Shown here in pieces: positions 54,083 through 63,196 of a stretch of 64,000 nucleotides of DNA (its first letter is position 1; the number at the start of each line of letters is the position of its first letter). Below the pieces are notes generated by a model that saw nothing but the letters and a program-made list of their open reading frames with translations, ran no database searches and had not been told where the DNA came from. This DNA is from a candidate division WOR-3 bacterium (GTDB taxonomy: Bacteria > Hydrothermota > Tepidihabitantia > Tepidihabitantales > Tepidihabitantaceae): positions 81,433 to 145,432 of the forward strand of contig CBFGIT010000004.1 of assembly GCA_965648905.1 (NCBI GenBank), written 5' to 3'. A program made the position numbers and the translations under genes.

Positions 54083-55300
54083 ATGGCGCTGGTAGTCCAG
54101 AAATACGGCGGCAGTTCGCTTGCCACGCTCGACCGGTTGCGTGCTGTTGCCGGGCACATTGTCCGCACCCGTCGGGCGGGAGAACGTGTGGTTGTGGTCG
54201 TGTCGGCGATGGGCGGAACCACCGACCGACTCTCTCGACTCGCCCATGCGGTCAACGCGAACCCGGCCCGCCGCGAACTCGACATGCTCCTGACCGCGGG
54301 CGAACGTCAGGCCATGGCACTGCTGTCGCTTGCGGTCATGAGCCGCGGTCTGGAGGCGGTTTCATTCACCGGCTCCCAGGTCGGCATCATCACCGACCGG
54401 TTCCACACCGAGGCGCGGATTGAACACATCAAGGCCGACCGGCTGCGTCAGGCTTTGGCCCGTGGTCGGGTCCCGATTGTTGCCGGTTTCCAGGGCATGA
54501 GCACCGACCGCGAGATAACTACGCTCGGCCGGGGCGGCTCAGACGTGACCGCGGTGGCCTTGGCGGCAGTGCTTCACGCCGGCCGGTGCGAGCTGTACAA
54601 AGATGTGGACGGCATCCACACCGCGAACCCGGCCGAGTTCAGGAACGCCCGGCGGGTTCCGCGCATCGGTTTTGAGGAGCTGGCCGAGCTGGCCGGTTCA
54701 GGCGCAGAGGTGATTCACCCGCGAGCCTGCGCTCTGGCCGAGAAGTATCGGGTTCCGCTCATCATCCGCTCATCATTTTCAGGCAGCAAAGGAGGAACGA
54801 TAGTCACGAGGACCGACCGAATCGAGAAACCGCTGGTTCGGGCTCTGACCCAGACCCGCGGGCTGGTAAGGCTGACGCTCTTCGACGTGCCGGCAAAGAA
54901 GCGCTGCCTGCACCAGGTTGTTACCCAACTGGCCGCGGCCCGGGTTCCGGTCATCCTGTTCAATCACGGCATTCTGCACGACGGGCACTTCGACCTGGGG
55001 TTCATCGTTCTTGAAAGCCACCGTACCGCGGCCGAGGCAATTCTGGCGCGGCTCGTGACCAGGGTTCGGGCACGCGGGCTCGACGTGAAAGATGGGCTCT
55101 GCTCGGTCTCGGTCGTCGGCCCGGGCGTGGGCAGCGATGCAGCCATTGTCTCAGCCGTTTTCGAGACGCTGCGTCGCTGCGGCGTGCACCTCGATGCCTT
55201 TGCCGCATCCGAGACCAGACTCTCCTGCTTCATGGTTCGCAAGCACCTGCGCATCGCCGCGGCCGCATTGATGGCGCGCTTCAGATTGAGCCGGGACTGA
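54083..55300 (+). CDS. lysC: Aspartate kinase
   Basis: VQKYGGSS, VVSAMG, AGFQG, TTLGRGGSD, KDVDG; C-terminal ACT domains. Confidence 0.93.
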   Translation: MALVVQKYGGSSLATLDRLRAVAGHIVRTRRAGERVVVVVSAMGGTTDRLSRLAHAVNANPARRELDMLLTAGERQAMALLSLAVMSRGLEAVSFTGSQVGIITDRFHTEARIEHIKADRLRQALARGRVPIVAGFQGMSTDREITTLGRGGSDVTAVALAAVLHAGRCELYKDVDGIHTANPAEFRNARRVPRIGFEELAELAGSGAEVIHPRACALAEKYRVPLIIRSSFSGSKGGTIVTRTDRIEKPLVRALTQTRGLVRLTLFDVPAKKRCLHQVVTQLAAARVPVILFNHGILHDGHFDLGFIVLESHRTAAEAILARLVTRVRARGLDVKDGLCSVSVVGPGVGSDAAIVSAVFETLRRCGVHLDAFAASETRLSCFMVRKHLRIAAAALMARFRLSRD

Positions 55301-55947
55301 TGGACCAGACCACGCTTCAGCCCGCGGAAGCACCCCTTGATATCCTCGAAGTCCAGCGGGTGCTTGAGAGCCTGCTCTTTGCCGCAGACTCGCCCCTGGC
55401 ACTTGACCGACTTACGTCTCTGCTCAGCGTACCGCCCGAGACGGTCCTGCGCGCGGTCCACAACCTCAACGAGCAGTACGCGGCAACCGACCGGGTGTTT
55501 CGCATCAGCCGCGTCGCACAGGGATTCCAGCTCTACTCTATGCCTGAGTACGCCGAATGGGTGCGCCGACTCTATCAGCACCAGTTCACCCACCGGCTCT
55601 CGCGTGCTGCGCTTGAGGTCTTGGCGATTGTCGCGTACCGCCAGCCGGTAACCAGGCCGGACATCGAGGCTCTGCGCAAGGTCGACTGCTCCGGTCCCCT
55701 GCTTACTCTGCTCGAGCGCAGGCTGGTTGCCACCGCGGGCCGGGCGCACCGACCGGGCAACCCGTTTCTCTACCGCACCACGCGCGAATTCCTCCGCTAC
55801 TTCGGCCTCGAGAGCCTCGACGACCTGCCGCGGCTCGAGGAGCTCAGCCAGTTCCTGCCTGCTTCAGCATCGGACGAGGAATCCGAGCAGGAGTACGACA
55901 CGCTGGCGATTGGCCCGAACGAGACTCAAGGTACGGAGGCGGACTGA
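55300..55947 (+). CDS. scpB: SMC-Scp complex subunit ScpB
   Basis: LESLLFA, LSRAALEVLAIVAYRQPVTR, YRTTREFLRYFGL. Confidence 0.93.
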   Translation: MDQTTLQPAEAPLDILEVQRVLESLLFAADSPLALDRLTSLLSVPPETVLRAVHNLNEQYAATDRVFRISRVAQGFQLYSMPEYAEWVRRLYQHQFTHRLSRAALEVLAIVAYRQPVTRPDIEALRKVDCSGPLLTLLERRLVATAGRAHRPGNPFLYRTTREFLRYFGLESLDDLPRLEELSQFLPASASDEESEQEYDTLAIGPNETQGTEAD

Positions 55948-55951
55948 CTAG

Positions 55952-56449
55952 TTGACTGATTGTCGTCTGGTCCTTGGTATGATTGGCCGCAATGCTGAGG
56001 TCCTGGGCCGGGCCGCGGCACTGGTCGAAAGAGAATTCGGGCCGAACGTCCAGCACAGCGCGGTTCTGCCTTTCGACTTCACGCGCTACTACGAACCAGA
56101 GATGGGTGAGGGCCTTATCCGGCAGTGGGTCGCTTCAAGCCTGTGCCCGGAGCCGGACGGTCTCGCCGCCATCAAGCACACCACCATCAGACTTGAGCAC
56201 GAGCTCTGTGATGCTCAAGGCCGGCGCCAGGTCAACCTCGACCCGGGCCTGCTTTCCGCTCACAACCTGGTGCTCGCCACGACCAAGGCTCACGCCCACC
56301 GGATTTACCTCGGCACCGGAATCTGGGCCGAGCTGACCCTCATCTACCGTCACGGCGCGTATCAACCGCTTGATTGGACCTATCCTGACTATCGGACCGA
56401 GGTCGGTCTTGACTTCTTCACCGCCTGCCGGGCGACGCTCGAACGATGA
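55952..56449 (+). CDS. DUF4416 family protein
   Basis: YYEPEMG, RQVNLDPG, LVLATTK, HRIYL..GIWAE, WTYPDY. Confidence 0.85.
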   Translation: MTDCRLVLGMIGRNAEVLGRAAALVEREFGPNVQHSAVLPFDFTRYYEPEMGEGLIRQWVASSLCPEPDGLAAIKHTTIRLEHELCDAQGRRQVNLDPGLLSAHNLVLATTKAHAHRIYLGTGIWAELTLIYRHGAYQPLDWTYPDYRTEVGLDFFTACRATLER

Positions 56450-57045
56450 AAGAACTCCGCAACTACTTCATCACCGGCGTGGCAGCCCTGCTTCCAGTCA
56501 GCCTGACCGTGGTCATTTTCTGGTTCATCGTGACCCATCTCGGCAATATCCTGGTTCCCTTGTTGCGCAACCACGTCTGGCTCAGGCAACTGCCCGCCTG
56601 GGTTGCCTCGGTCCTCGGATTTGTCCTTCTGCTTGTCGCGGTTGTCGTGCTCGGCGCCGTTGCCTCAGGTCTGCTCGGCCGCTGGGTTCTTGCCCAGTTG
56701 GACCGACTCCTCAGACTTGTTCCGGTCGTGAAAGAGGTCTACACCTCGGCTCGTCAACTCACCGACGCGGTCTTTGTTCAGCGCAGCTCGCTCCGCAAGA
56801 CGGTCATTGCCGAATACCCCCGGTCCGGCCTCTTCGCCATTGGGTTCATCACCAGCGACCTGCCGGTCACCCTGCCCGACGGCCGCCCGGCTCTCTATGT
56901 CTTCTTCCCCACCACGCCCAACCCTACCTCGGGCTGGCTGGCTCTCATTCCGACCGAGGATATCAACGACACCGACATGACAATCGAACAGGGCCTCAAG
57001 CTCGTCATGTCCGGCGGCGTCATCCGACCACCCCGTCCCCTGTGA
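56446..57045 (+). CDS. DUF502 family membrane protein
   Basis: YFITG, EYPR, GFIT, PTTPNPTSGW, KLVMSGG. Confidence 0.88.
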   Translation: MKELRNYFITGVAALLPVSLTVVIFWFIVTHLGNILVPLLRNHVWLRQLPAWVASVLGFVLLLVAVVVLGAVASGLLGRWVLAQLDRLLRLVPVVKEVYTSARQLTDAVFVQRSSLRKTVIAEYPRSGLFAIGFITSDLPVTLPDGRPALYVFFPTTPNPTSGWLALIPTEDINDTDMTIEQGLKLVMSGGVIRPPRPL

Positions 57046-57063
57046 CCGGTGACTCTCTGCCCG

Positions 57064-59568
57064 CTAGTTCACATCCCGGTTGTTCCTGAACTTGGCATAC
57101 AGCCGTGCCAGCTCTGCCAGGCGCCTGCTCACCCGGCCGTTCACCGAGTCCAGAGGATAGTTACCCCCTTCATCCGGCTCGCCCGCCGCCACTCCGGTCA
57201 ACAGAGAAATCCCCTCATCGACCGTGCTCACCGAGTAGACATGAAACTTTCCCTGAGCACACGCCTCGACCACATCCGGCCGCAGCATCAACTCCGGCAG
57301 ATTCGCCTTCGGGATCACAACGCCCTGGGTTCCGGTCAGTCCGCGCGCCTTGCAGGTGTCAAAGAATCCTTCTATCTTCCAGTTCACCCCGCCGATGGGC
57401 TGAATCTGCCCTTGCTGATTGACCGAGCCGGTCACTGCCAGGTCTTGACGGATTGGCAGCCCGGACAGATCGGAAAGCAGCGCGTATACTTCGGTCGACG
57501 AAGCCGAATCGCCGTCAATCCCGCCGTAAGACTGCTCAAAACAGATCGACGCCGACAAGACCAGGGGCTGACGCCGGGCGTACTTATGACGCAGGTACCC
57601 GGACAGAATGTACACGCCTTTGTCATGCGTCGGCCCGGACAACTGAGCCTCGCGCTCAATGTTGATAATCCCGGCTGAGCCGACTCCGGTTCGGGCGGTA
57701 ATCCGCGCCGGCTTCCCGAACGCGTACTCGCCGGTCTGATACACCGTCAAGCCGTTCACCTGTCCGACCGCAGTTCCGGTCACATCAATGAAAACAGTCC
57801 CCTCATTGATCAACTCCTGCAGCTTCTCTTCGTACAACCGCACCCGGTCGCGTCGACGCCTTATCGCCTCCTGGACATGCACCCCGCCGACGGTTTCTGC
57901 GCCGGCAACCTCGGCCCAGTGATTCGCCTCGGTCAAGAGCTCGGTGATGATATTGAACCGGGTCGAGACCTTGGTGTGCCGCCCGGCCAGCCGCACACCG
58001 TACTCAACCACCTCCTTCACTCCGCTGCGGTCAAACGGGCGCAGTTTCTCCTTGCTGCACAACGCCTTGATGACCTGGACGTACTCAGTAATCGCGTTCT
58101 GGTCCAGATTCATCACCCAGTCGAAATCAGCCCGGACCTTGAACACCTTCTTGAAGTCCTCGTCAAAGCCGGCCAGAATCGAGTACACCTCAGGCGCACC
58201 GATCATGATGACCTTGACGTTGATCTCAATCGGCTCCGGCTTCAGCCCGGTCGTCCCGAAAAGGACCGAGGACGGGTCGCCGGATGAAATCTCGAGCTGC
58301 CGGTTGCGCAGAGTCCGTTTCAAAGCCGGCCACACGCCGGGCTCAGTCAAAGCATCAAGCGCATTCACCACCAGAAACCCATGGTCGGCCCGCAACATCG
58401 AGCCGGCCTTGACCCGCGTAAAATCAGCCCGCCATTGTCCGCCCCGCTCCCATACCCGGTCAATCGAACCAAACAGGTTCTTGTAGCTCGGATTCGTCTC
58501 AAACACCACCGGTACGGTCGTCTGAGCTCCCTCGGGCGGCGTGTTGTCGACAAGTACATTAACCCTGAACTCCAGATACGGGTCTGCCGCACCCTCGCCC
58601 TGCCCCTTCTCCTGCGGCCTCTGCCGGAACAGGTCCAGTGACTCAAGCACCGCCTCCTGGACCTCATCGAGATACTCCCGAACCCCGTCCTCCTGCTGCT
58701 CCGCTGTCTGCTTCTCGGCGATGTCGGCAAGCCGCTCCTCAAGCACAGGCCGGACAATGTTCTGGTCCAGCTCCTGCAGCGACTCGCGGGCGAGCCTCTC
58801 GAACTCCCGGATCTCCTTGAAAATCACCGAAAGCTCATCCCCCAGTTCCCGGTACTTCGCCCTGATTTCCTCAGCCCGTTCGCCACTCAGCTTTCCCTCT
58901 TCGACCAGACGGGCAAGTTCCTCAACCTTCACCGGCTGCTTCTCGACAATCGGCGCCAGCTCCGGCCGCAGGAAAGGCGCGGTCTGGACCAGAGCAAAAC
59001 CCTCGGCCGCTATCTTCCGCTCGAATTCCCGCACCCGCACGCTCCCCTGTTCCTTGAAGCCGTCAACGATATCCTGGCGGCGTCGTTGGTAGATATCGCT
59101 CTCAAACAGGGTTGGCACGTTCTTGACAAGGAAATCGACCAGCGCGTCCATGTCCTGCTGGAGCTCCCGTCCCTTGCCCGCGGGAAGTCGCAGGAGGCGC
59201 GGGCAATCCGGGTCCTTGAAGTTGTTGACATAGCACTTGTCATCAAGCCGTGCCGGGCGTTCGGCAACAGTTTCAAGTAACCTCTTGACGGTCGTGGTTC
59301 GACCCGTTCCCACCGGCCCGGTTACGAATATGTTGTACCCGGCCGACGCGACCTCCAGACCGAGCCGCAAAGCCTCAACCGCCCGCCGCTGACCGACAAT
59401 CTCGCCGGACAGCTCGATGTCATCGGTCGTCTTGAAAGCCAGGTGCTCCAGCGAGCAGCTCCAGCTCAGCCTCTCTGTCGGTACGCGGAAGTCGACGCTG
59501 CCAGCAGCCGGCGACTCTGGCCGCACGGCCCGCCCGCGTCCTCGAGTGTGACTCTTGTGATGCTTCAT
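57064..59568 (-). CDS. Lon-family (S16, LonB/LonC-like) protease with AAA domain
   Basis: IVGQRRA, GPVGTGRTT, GQVNGL, FEQSYGGIDGDSAS, GGVNWKIEGF; ATG 59568 after TTGACA-16-TAGTCT. Confidence 0.9.
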   Translation of the reverse strand: MKHHKSHTRGRGRAVRPESPAAGSVDFRVPTERLSWSCSLEHLAFKTTDDIELSGEIVGQRRAVEALRLGLEVASAGYNIFVTGPVGTGRTTTVKRLLETVAERPARLDDKCYVNNFKDPDCPRLLRLPAGKGRELQQDMDALVDFLVKNVPTLFESDIYQRRRQDIVDGFKEQGSVRVREFERKIAAEGFALVQTAPFLRPELAPIVEKQPVKVEELARLVEEGKLSGERAEEIRAKYRELGDELSVIFKEIREFERLARESLQELDQNIVRPVLEERLADIAEKQTAEQQEDGVREYLDEVQEAVLESLDLFRQRPQEKGQGEGAADPYLEFRVNVLVDNTPPEGAQTTVPVVFETNPSYKNLFGSIDRVWERGGQWRADFTRVKAGSMLRADHGFLVVNALDALTEPGVWPALKRTLRNRQLEISSGDPSSVLFGTTGLKPEPIEINVKVIMIGAPEVYSILAGFDEDFKKVFKVRADFDWVMNLDQNAITEYVQVIKALCSKEKLRPFDRSGVKEVVEYGVRLAGRHTKVSTRFNIITELLTEANHWAEVAGAETVGGVHVQEAIRRRRDRVRLYEEKLQELINEGTVFIDVTGTAVGQVNGLTVYQTGEYAFGKPARITARTGVGSAGIINIEREAQLSGPTHDKGVYILSGYLRHKYARRQPLVLSASICFEQSYGGIDGDSASSTEVYALLSDLSGLPIRQDLAVTGSVNQQGQIQPIGGVNWKIEGFFDTCKARGLTGTQGVVIPKANLPELMLRPDVVEACAQGKFHVYSVSTVDEGISLLTGVAAGEPDEGGNYPLDSVNGRVSRRLAELARLYAKFRNNRDVN

Positions 59569-59676
59569 CAGGTTACAGACTAAACGAGAACCCGCGCTTG
59601 TCAACACTCCCTGCCCGCGCCGAGCCAGCAGGTGTTGTTCAGGTTGCCCAGCGCAATGCCTGTTCAGAGAACCAGA

Positions 59677-59707
59677 CGCGGTGCGCCGTGGGTACTGGCG
59701 CACCGCG
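59677..59707 (-). terminator. Strong hairpin, possible terminator
   Basis: CGCGGTGCGCC-N9-GGCGCACCGCG, 11-bp stem. Confidence 0.55.
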
Positions 59708-59831
59708 CATGTTCGCCCCGTCGAGAGCGCGATCAGCAAGCATAATGAGCTCTCGCAAGCTGGAGCATCCACTGGCTCGGTCTCAATCTCCTTAACCCCA
59801 TGCTTCCGTACGGGTATCCAGCCTGCTGCAG

Positions 59832-59848
59832 TTGCACGTTTCATGCCA
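59832..59848 (-). promoter_or_regulatory. Sigma54 (-24/-12) promoter
   Basis: TGGCATGAAACGTGCAA with exact GG-N10-GC spacing. Confidence 0.65.
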
Positions 59849-59932
59849 ACATCTCTCAAGACAGCAACGTCACCTAAGCTCACTTGTTGCGTGAGTTATG
59901 GACGCCGGCGGTCTAGATAGGGTCTGGTTATA

Positions 59933-59967
59933 GCCGCATAGTGCGGCAGTGTGCCGCGAAGTGCGGC
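59933..59967. promoter_or_regulatory. Tandem palindromes, candidate enhancer (UAS) for the sigma54 activator
   Basis: GCCGCATAGTGCGGC and GCCGCGAAGTGCGGC spaced 20 bp apart, ~90-120 bp upstream of the -24 box. Confidence 0.55.
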
Positions 59968-59969
59968 CG

Positions 59970-61571
59970 CTAGTTGATATTGAAGTCGGACATCTTGCGA
60001 CGAAGAGTGTCCCGGTGGATGCCCAGAAGCTCGGCGGCTTGGGTCTGGTTCTGTCCGGTCTTGGCCAGTGCTTCGGTAATGGCGCGACGTTCGACCGCGC
60101 GGAGGTCGAGGCTGCCGACAACCCGTTCGAGGGTTGCGTCTGAGTCCGGCTGAGCCTCGGCCCGCAGATTCATGATGCGGATGATGCCCAGCGTCGGCAT
60201 GACGTGGCCGAGGCTGATCTGCGAGCTGCCGTCGTACTGGGCGCGTTCGTAAGCCCGCTCGATGACGTTGCGCAGACTGCGCACGTTGCCATCGAAGATG
60301 GTATTGTCGCCGTCAACGTACTGTTGAACGAGCTGGCGGATGAATCGGGCGGTCGCGCGTTCGAGCGTAAGCCGGCGCTTGTGACGCGGGTCGCAGTTCA
60401 TCTGCTCGATGACGAAGTCAAAGAGCTCGTTGACGTCATGCTCAATCACCGCGGGAGGTTCATCCTCCCAGCGCTCACGGAGCGATGGAACCGGTATGCA
60501 GTGCTGGACAAGACGGGTGTAGAAGTCCGGGCGAAACCGCGTCTGAAGCTCGGGCATGGTCCGGTTCGTGCTTGCAATTATCCGGATGTCAACCTCGGTC
60601 TCGCGCGAGCTGCCGATACGCTTGACGCGGCGATACTCAATGGCCCGGAGAAGCTTGGTCTGGGTCTCCCGGTCGAGCTCGCCAACCTCATCGAGCAATA
60701 CGCTGGAGCCGTGCGCGGACTCAAGGATGCCGGCGCGTTCGTCGCGAGCGCCGGTGAATGCCCCCTGGTCGTGGCCGAACAGCTCGTCTTCGATAAGGTT
60801 CTTGTCGAGTGCCGCTACGTTGACGGTGAGCGGGTAACGGTTCAGCTCATCGTCGAAACGCGAACTGAGCCGGTGGAGCGCGTTGGCAACGAGTTCCTTG
60901 CCGACGCCGGTCCGGCCGAGCAGGAGGACCGTGGCGTTGGTCGGGCCGATGCGCTGGATTTCGTAGACCAAGTGAGCCATCCGGCGGCTTCGGCCGACAA
61001 CCATATGGTGGTGCTCCCGCCAGTGGACCTGGCCAGCTTCGTCGAGCGGACGCAGGGCCTGAGTATCGATGCTCATGCAAACCTGGTGATAGTAGTCGCC
61101 GCCGGAAGCATCCTCGGATACGAAAGCGCAGTTGCCGTAGCCGGGATTGATGAGCAGCGACGAGAACTCGGCCATCTGGTCGGTACTGAGCCGGCACGAC
61201 ACAAAGAGAACTGGGCTGGTGCGGTCGATGTCTTCCTGACGGAGGTAGGCGTGAATCAGAAAACCCTGGACCGCGAGCGGGTCGCCCGACCGGCCTGGTC
61301 GGCGGAGAACGTCGGGATAGTCGACCATGGTGCGGTGGGTGCGCGTGTGGCTGAAGTCGACGTCCTGAATAATCAGGGAGATGAAGCGGCCCGGATTGGT
61401 CTGGTACCAGCGTTTGAGTTCCGGGTAAGAGTCGACGTAGGCGAAATCGAACTCCCGGGCGAGGCGGCCGTGGTCGAACTGCTCGATTGCGTGGATGAGG
61501 CTGTCGTAGTTCTCCTTCACGTCGTCAACGACGAGAATAACCGGACGCGGGCGGGCGTCGTCGCGGCTCAT
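59970..61571 (-). CDS. Sigma54-dependent transcriptional activator (atypical REC-like N-terminus, AAA+, Fis HTH)
   Basis: ILVVDD; GRTGVGKE, ELFGH..GAFTGA, LDEVGE, FRPDFYTRL, GNVRSLRN, NQTQAAELLGIHRDTLRRK. Confidence 0.92.
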   Translation of the reverse strand: MSRDDARPRPVILVVDDVKENYDSLIHAIEQFDHGRLAREFDFAYVDSYPELKRWYQTNPGRFISLIIQDVDFSHTRTHRTMVDYPDVLRRPGRSGDPLAVQGFLIHAYLRQEDIDRTSPVLFVSCRLSTDQMAEFSSLLINPGYGNCAFVSEDASGGDYYHQVCMSIDTQALRPLDEAGQVHWREHHHMVVGRSRRMAHLVYEIQRIGPTNATVLLLGRTGVGKELVANALHRLSSRFDDELNRYPLTVNVAALDKNLIEDELFGHDQGAFTGARDERAGILESAHGSSVLLDEVGELDRETQTKLLRAIEYRRVKRIGSSRETEVDIRIIASTNRTMPELQTRFRPDFYTRLVQHCIPVPSLRERWEDEPPAVIEHDVNELFDFVIEQMNCDPRHKRRLTLERATARFIRQLVQQYVDGDNTIFDGNVRSLRNVIERAYERAQYDGSSQISLGHVMPTLGIIRIMNLRAEAQPDSDATLERVVGSLDLRAVERRAITEALAKTGQNQTQAAELLGIHRDTLRRKMSDFNIN

Positions 61572-61926
61572 CGGCTGGACACCGCGGGGCAAGGCCCGGT
61601 CGGTCGATGATTGGGGCTGACGGCGCGGTTCAGGAAAGCCGCCCGAGAACAGCGGGTGTTCAGGGTCGGCAGGTCGTGCAGTGCCGAATTGGAGAAGGTG
61701 TTGCCGCGACGCATCTGGAAGCCAGCAACAGTATACCCCAAGGCAGTTGGGGTGCAAGTCCGTGCCGGCCCGCCTGCGGACGCGCGGGCAGGCCCGCTGG
61801 TTCAGCATTGACAGCACCAAACCGGCTCGGACTGGCCGAGTCCGTACGCCCAAGGTTGACAAATGCAGACATTCGGTCACAATCTGGCTGCCATGGGTAC
61901 TCATCAGACTGGAGACGGCGCGTCGC

Positions 61927-62673
61927 ATGAAGTTCTTCGCGGTTAACAGCAGTCCACGCCGCGACCGGGGCGGCACCGGCCTGGTGCTGGCGAGCCTGCT
62001 TGCCGGCGCGAGGAAGGCCGGTGCCGAGGTGGACCTCGTCAATCTGCACGGGCTCGACATCAAACCGTGTTTGGCCTGTTTCAGGTGCTGGCTTGCGACT
62101 CCAGGCCGCTGTGCGCAGCAGGACGACATGGCCGGACTACTGCCGAGGCTGGCTGCGGCCGAGGTTGCCGTATTCGCTACACCGCTCTTTGTTGACGGGA
62201 TGAACGGCCCGATGAAGACATTCCTTGACCGCACGATTCCGTTGCTTGAGCCGTGGTTTGAGGAACGCGAAGACCACTGCCGTCACCCAAGGAGGGGGTG
62301 GTTCAGGACCAGGAGAATTGCTCTGGTCGCGGTCTCCGGTTTCACCGAGCTGGATAATTTCGAGCCGCTGGTCGTGCATCTGCGGGCGGTCGCGAAGAAT
62401 CTGGGCTGCAGGTTCGCGGGCGCCCTGTTGCGGCCTTACGCGGCCTCGCTGAAGGACCTTGCCCGGCATGGCGTTCCGGTCGGCGAAGTGTTCGACGCAG
62501 CTCAGGAAGCTGGTCGGCTTCTGGTCGAGCGCGGTTCGATTCCTCAGTCTCTCGTGGAGCAGGTCGGGAGAGAACTCATCCCCCGTGCTTTGTACATGAA
62601 GCTGGTCAACGGTTCGTTTGAGCGTGCTCTGGACCGATACAGCCAAGACCGGTCCGAGCCTCAGCGAAGATAG
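61927..62673 (+). CDS. Flavodoxin-fold / iron-sulfur flavoprotein family protein
   Basis: NSSPRR, IKPCLACFRCW...C...DDM, FATPLF..GMNGPMKTFLDR. Confidence 0.88.
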   Translation: MKFFAVNSSPRRDRGGTGLVLASLLAGARKAGAEVDLVNLHGLDIKPCLACFRCWLATPGRCAQQDDMAGLLPRLAAAEVAVFATPLFVDGMNGPMKTFLDRTIPLLEPWFEEREDHCRHPRRGWFRTRRIALVAVSGFTELDNFEPLVVHLRAVAKNLGCRFAGALLRPYAASLKDLARHGVPVGEVFDAAQEAGRLLVERGSIPQSLVEQVGRELIPRALYMKLVNGSFERALDRYSQDRSEPQRR

Positions 62674-62749
62674 ACAGGCAGAAACAGACAGAAGTCGGCC
62701 CGACCCAGCCGCCCAGGCGGCACCCCTTCTGAGTCGGGCCGATTGTCAA

Positions 62750-63015
62750 CCAGCAGGCTGAGTGCGACTCGCCAGCGATTTGGTTCCGTACCAAGGACGA
62801 CCCTCTGCTGGAGGCATGGGCAGAGGGACTGGTACAGTGCAATGTGCACAGAGCGAGATAGCCCGCCGCAACCTGGGTCGAGACCGGACGGCGGTATCAG
62901 CCAGCCGCACCAAGGAAACGCCGCAAAGCCGATACTGAGCGTACATACTGTTGCGCCCTATGTTGCAATAGCCGTTCCAGCGCGGCGAGCCAACCTGTTG
63001 AGTGTGAGAGAGTCA
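62750..63015. repeat. Possible third, more degenerate copy of the intergenic element, ending in CAAC-N17-GTCA
   Basis: Motif at 62991-63015 shares fixed internal positions with copies A and B. Confidence 0.3.
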
Positions 63016-63196
63016 GTCCACTACTGCTGGTAGGAGTTGGTGAGCAGTAGTTGCCTGGCGCCACTTTCTCTGCCGCAATTTGCGGCCTGCTGTCGTGTCC
63101 TGCTGACATGCGACTGGGGTGCGTTAGCACCGGACATATCCTGCACTGTGGCGCCTACTGCTTCTCGGGACGACGAGTCGTGCTGCCAGACCGTCT

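Noticed and set aside
59730..59801. Micro-ORF ending TGC-TGA read as a Cys-Sec selenopeptide
   Set aside because: Poor RBS spacing, no convincing SECIS and no family resemblance
59569..59883. N-terminal extensions given by the track (Lon from 59883, activator from 62234, GH from 15094, CAAX from 15549, CsgG from 25543, flavodoxin from 61681)
   Set aside because: They overlap promoters or other genes and lack family-like sequence; better starts are given in the features
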